Shown here: positions 31,925 through 34,611 of the stretch, piece by piece
Layout: every line of letters starts with the position of its first letter
Numbering within the stretch: position 1 is the stretch's first letter
NCBI GenBank assembly: GCA_964479815.1
Contig: CAYZNP010000001.1
Span: forward strand, 1 to 34,611
Source: Candidatus Micrarchaeota archaeon
Lineage (GTDB): Archaea > Micrarchaeota > Micrarchaeia > Anstonellales > Bilamarchaeaceae
Direction of reading: 5' to 3'
Length of the DNA: 34,611 bases
Program-made: the position numbers and the translations under genes
Notes under the pieces: model-generated
The model's input: only the letters and a program-made list of their open reading frames with translations
Databases searched by the model: none
Told to the model about the DNA's origin: nothing

Positions 31925-32911
31925 TCAGAGCCACCCCTCTTTCTTCAGGACCTTCTTCAGCTCGTCCTTGCTGAGCCGCCAGTCGTTGTTGTCGCTGGAG
32001 TATGAGAAACCCTCGGGCAGCGGCTTCGCACCGGAATGGTTCGCTGTATCCCAGAATGCGTACTCTGGCTCTATGACGAAAATGCCATCAAGCTGCTTGG
32101 TGTGCCTCGCCTCCTCCGGCGTTATGAGGACCTCGTGCAGCTTCTCCCCCGGCCGTACGCCGATTATTTTCTTTTTCGCGCCCGGCGCGATGACATCGGC
32201 CAAATCCGTGATTTTCGTGCTTGGTATCCTCGGCACGAATATCTCCCCGCCTTTCATCGACCCTATGGCCTTGAGCACGAGCGCCACGCCCTCTTCGAGC
32301 GTTATCCAGAATCTCGTCATCCTCTCATCGGTTATCGTCACCGCGCCGCCCTCCTTCTGTTTTATGAAAAGGGGCACGACGCTGCCGCTGCTGCCGATCA
32401 CGTTGCCGTACCTCACACAGCTGAACCGCGTCTTCTTGACGCCAGCGTATGCGTTGGCCTGGGTGAAGAGCTTCTCTGCAACCAGTTTTGTCGCGCCATA
32501 CAGGTTTACCGGCTGCACCGCCTTGTCGCTGCTCAGCGCCACCACCTTCCCCACGCCGTTGTCTATGGCAGCGTCTATCACGTTCTCGGCGCCGTGTATG
32601 TTCGTCTTCACCGCTTCCATCGGGTTATACTCGCACACGGGCACGTGCTTGAGCGCAGCCGCATGCACCACGATGTCCACGCCGTTCATTGCACGGTAGA
32701 GCCGTTCCCTGTCCCTTACATCACCGACGAGGAAGCGCAGCTTGGGCTGGCCGAGCTTCCGCTCCATTTCCACCTGCTTGAGCTCTCCCCTCGAGTACAC
32801 CCTTATGGCCTTGGGGTTATGGTCCCTGAGCAGCACCTCAGCGAACTTAGTGCCGAACGAACCCGTGCCGCCGGTCACGAGGACCACCTTGCCGTCTAAA
32901 ACGTCATCCAT
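31925..32911 (-). CDS. pseB: UDP-N-acetylglucosamine 4,6-dehydratase (inverting), PseB/FlaA1/CapD-short type
   Basis: VLVTGGTGSFG, VGDVRD, AAALKHVP, NIHGAENV, LSSDKAVQPVNLYGATK, and RYGNVIGSSGSV. The ATG at 32911 (MDDVLDGK) is preferred over the track start at 33013. Confidence 0.85.
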   Translation of the reverse strand: MDDVLDGKVVLVTGGTGSFGTKFAEVLLRDHNPKAIRVYSRGELKQVEMERKLGQPKLRFLVGDVRDRERLYRAMNGVDIVVHAAALKHVPVCEYNPMEAVKTNIHGAENVIDAAIDNGVGKVVALSSDKAVQPVNLYGATKLVAEKLFTQANAYAGVKKTRFSCVRYGNVIGSSGSVVPLFIKQKEGGAVTITDERMTRFWITLEEGVALVLKAIGSMKGGEIFVPRIPSTKITDLADVIAPGAKKKIIGVRPGEKLHEVLITPEEARHTKQLDGIFVIEPEYAFWDTANHSGAKPLPEGFSYSSDNNDWRLSKDELKKVLKKEGWL

Positions 32912-32938
32912 AAACACACCAGAAGATAACCTATTAGG

Positions 32939-32947
32939 TATAAAAAA
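32939..32947. promoter_or_regulatory. Shared TATA element (TATAAAAAA) in the 56-nt divergent spacer between pseB and gmhA
   Basis: About 25 nt from the plus-strand ATG at 32968 and about 32 nt from the minus-strand ATG at 32911. A second A-rich stretch follows. Confidence 0.45.
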
Positions 32948-32967
32948 GAATAAAAACCGTCCCCGAT

Positions 32968-33558
32968 ATGATGTCTGTGATGAAACCGTCCGATTTGCTG
33001 TTGGAGCATGCAAAAGTCTGCCAGGGCCTCAGGGCAGCAGACATAGAGGCAACTGCATCGCCAATCCTATCCGCCCTCAAGGACGGCGGCAAGGTCCTCA
33101 TCTGCGGCAATGGCGGAAGCGCAGCGGATGCGCAGCATTTCGCCACGGAGCTCACCGGGAGATTCATGCGCGAACGCAGGGCGCTGCCGGGCATAGCGCT
33201 GACCACGGACAGCTCGGCAGTCACGGCTATTTCGAACGACTATGGCTTCGGGCGCGTGTTCGCACGGCAGGTAGAGGCGCTCGGCAAAAGGGGCGACGTG
33301 CTCGTGCTCCTGAGCACCAGCGGCGAGTCCGAGAATCTGCTGGAGGCTGCGAGGACTGCGAAGGCCATGGGCATCCCCACGGTGGCGCTCCTCGGAAAGG
33401 GTGGCGGGAAACTCAGGCAGATGTGCGACCGGGCGCTCGTGGTCGCCTCGGACAGCGCGCCCACGATACAGGAGATGCACATACTCATAATCCACTGCAT
33501 CTGCGGTCTGGTGGACGACGCGTTCGCCATCAGGCCTGTGCCACACAAGAGCGGGTAA
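32968..33558 (+). CDS. gmhA: Sedoheptulose-7-phosphate isomerase (canonical GmhA, paralogue 2)
   Basis: [52 protein letters not shown], and [10 protein letters not shown] are textbook GmhA motifs. Confidence 0.85.
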   Translation: MMSVMKPSDLLLEHAKVCQGLRAADIEATASPILSALKDGGKVLICGNGGSAADAQHFATELTGRFMRERRALPGIALTTDSSAVTAISNDYGFGRVFARQVEALGKRGDVLVLLSTSGESENLLEAARTAKAMGIPTVALLGKGGGKLRQMCDRALVVASDSAPTIQEMHILIIHCICGLVDDAFAIRPVPHKSG

Positions 33559-33565
33559 CTGTCCT

Positions 33566-34507
33566 ATGTCAAAGACGAAAATACTTGTCATCGGCGACAT
33601 CATGCTCGACCATTACGTTTACGGCGTTGTCAACCGCATGTCGCCCGAAGCTCCGGTGCCTGTGCTCGACGTGGAAAAGGCCGAGGAGTTCCTCGGCGGG
33701 GCAGGCATAGTGGCATCTACCCTGTCAGCGCTGGGCGTTCAGGTCGCGTTCCTTTCTGTAGTAGGAGATGACGAAGGCGCAGGGCATGTTAGGAAACTGC
33801 TGTCTGCCCCTGGGATGCCCGACCTGCTGGTCAGCGAGAAAGGCAGGAAGACCACCATGAAGACGCGTTTCGTCAAGACGAAGCCGCGGTTCGAGATGCT
33901 TTTGCGCATGGACAGCGAAACCCGCCAGCACATAAAGCCAGCGACGGAAAGCGCGCTGCTCGGCAAGCTGGAAACGGCCGCCGAGGGCGCGGATTTCATC
34001 GTCATCTCCGATTATGCCAAAGGCCTGCTCACGGAAAAACTGATTGCCGAACTGCTGAAGTTCGCACGCGAGAAGGGGAAAAAGCTCGTGGTTGACAGCA
34101 AGAGCGACATTCACGCCTACGCGGGCGGCAATGTAATCCTTGTCCCGAACCTGCATGAACTCGGCATCGCGTCCAAAAAAGAAATACAGAATGAGGATGC
34201 TGACGTCCGGGCGGCTGCGCTTGCTTTGTCCAAATCAAGCGGCAGCGTGGTGATCGTGAAACGTAGTGGGAAGGGTGCGTCCATAGCTGACGCGAAAGCC
34301 AACGTGTTCCGCACCTGGTCGTCCATGGCAAAGGAGGTGGTCAATGTTTCCGGCGCTGGCGACATATTCGTTGCTATATTGACGCTGGCGCTCGCCTCTG
34401 GGAAGGGCATGGACGAGGCGGTGAAGCTGGCGAACGCAGGCTGCGCGAAGGCAATCACAAAGCAGCACCCGTCGATAACAAGGACCGAATTGCCAGAACT
34501 GGGCTGA
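33566..34507 (+). CDS. rfaE1: PfkB-family D-beta-D-heptose-7-phosphate kinase (RfaE/HldE domain I as a separate protein)
   Basis: KILVIGDIMLDHYVYG....MSPEAPVPVL is the typical RfaE-I N-terminus, and VVNVSGAGDIFVA is the PfkB motif. Followed by an RfaE-II-like gene. Confidence 0.8.
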   Translation: MSKTKILVIGDIMLDHYVYGVVNRMSPEAPVPVLDVEKAEEFLGGAGIVASTLSALGVQVAFLSVVGDDEGAGHVRKLLSAPGMPDLLVSEKGRKTTMKTRFVKTKPRFEMLLRMDSETRQHIKPATESALLGKLETAAEGADFIVISDYAKGLLTEKLIAELLKFAREKGKKLVVDSKSDIHAYAGGNVILVPNLHELGIASKKEIQNEDADVRAAALALSKSSGSVVIVKRSGKGASIADAKANVFRTWSSMAKEVVNVSGAGDIFVAILTLALASGKGMDEAVKLANAGCAKAITKQHPSITRTELPELG

Positions 34508-34511
34508 TGAC

Positions 34512-34611
34512 ATGGGAGAACTGCTTACGCTTGAAAAGCTTGCGGCCGTGAGGCAGAGGCTGAAGGCGGAAGGCAAAAAGGTCGTCTTCACCAACGGCGT
34601 CTTCGACCTGA
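34512..34611 (+). CDS. rfaE2: D-beta-D-heptose-1-phosphate adenylyltransferase (RfaE/HldE domain II), 5' fragment truncated by the window end
   Basis: My translation is MGELLTLEKLAAVRQRLKAEGKKVVFTNGVFDL, which ends in the start of the cytidylyltransferase-fold TNGxFDxxHxGH motif. Only 33 codons are visible. Confidence 0.6.
   Translation, partial: MGELLTLEKLAAVRQRLKAEGKKVVFTNGVFDL

Noticed and set aside
1-34611. Search for CRISPR repeats, IS/transposase or integrase genes, rRNA/tRNA genes and long direct or inverted repeats.
   Set aside because: No spaced direct-repeat arrays, no transposase- or integrase-like ORFs and no spacer long enough for an rRNA were seen. This was an eye-scan only, so short or diverged repeats could have been missed.

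Overview
This GC-rich window (judged by eye, not computed) is almost entirely coding. It is a very compact cell-surface glycan biosynthesis island of about 39 genes with no rRNA, tRNA, CRISPR array or mobile element that I can see. The gene-expression signals look archaeal. Nearly every first gene of a transcription unit has an A/T-rich TATA-like box centred about 25-30 nt upstream of its ATG, which suggests leaderless mRNAs. Internal genes instead carry GAGGTG-type Shine-Dalgarno sequences or ATGA stop/start overlaps. The recognisable content is: (1) a GDP-D-glycero-alpha-D-manno-heptose set (gmhB, hddC-like, gmhA-like, hddA-like) next to a flippase-like membrane protein, a GT2, two paralogous SDR epimerases, a GT-C membrane glycosyltransferase and a GT4; (2) a minus-strand NDP-6-deoxy-sugar trio (LegB-type 4,6-dehydratase, nucleotidyltransferase, Rmd-like reductase); (3) a run of single-gene tailoring units (GNAT, methyltransferase, CE4 deacetylase, an uncharacterised 387-aa protein with a KYHPRE motif, nitroreductase); (4) a nine-gene plus-strand operon opening with an orphan ABC-type ATPase, a HypB/UreG-like GTPase and a Cx2Cx4Cx16C Fe-S protein, followed by a divergent NeuB-family synthase, an EamA transporter, an APH-fold kinase, a CMP-sugar synthetase, a Gfo/Idh/MocA oxidoreductase and a class-III aminotransferase; (5) pseudaminic-acid-type genes (pseB, pseC, pseI, pseH-like) plus a WbuX/HisH/HisF acetamidino module and a methyltransferase; (6) a second, ADP-heptose-type set (gmhA, split rfaE kinase and adenylyltransferase, truncated at the window end). 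The best candidates for something undescribed are the ATPase/GTPase/Fe-S trio fused to a non-canonical nonulosonic-acid operon, and the 387-aa putative CMP-sugar-dependent transferase. All function calls rest on motif recognition by eye; no database search was run.
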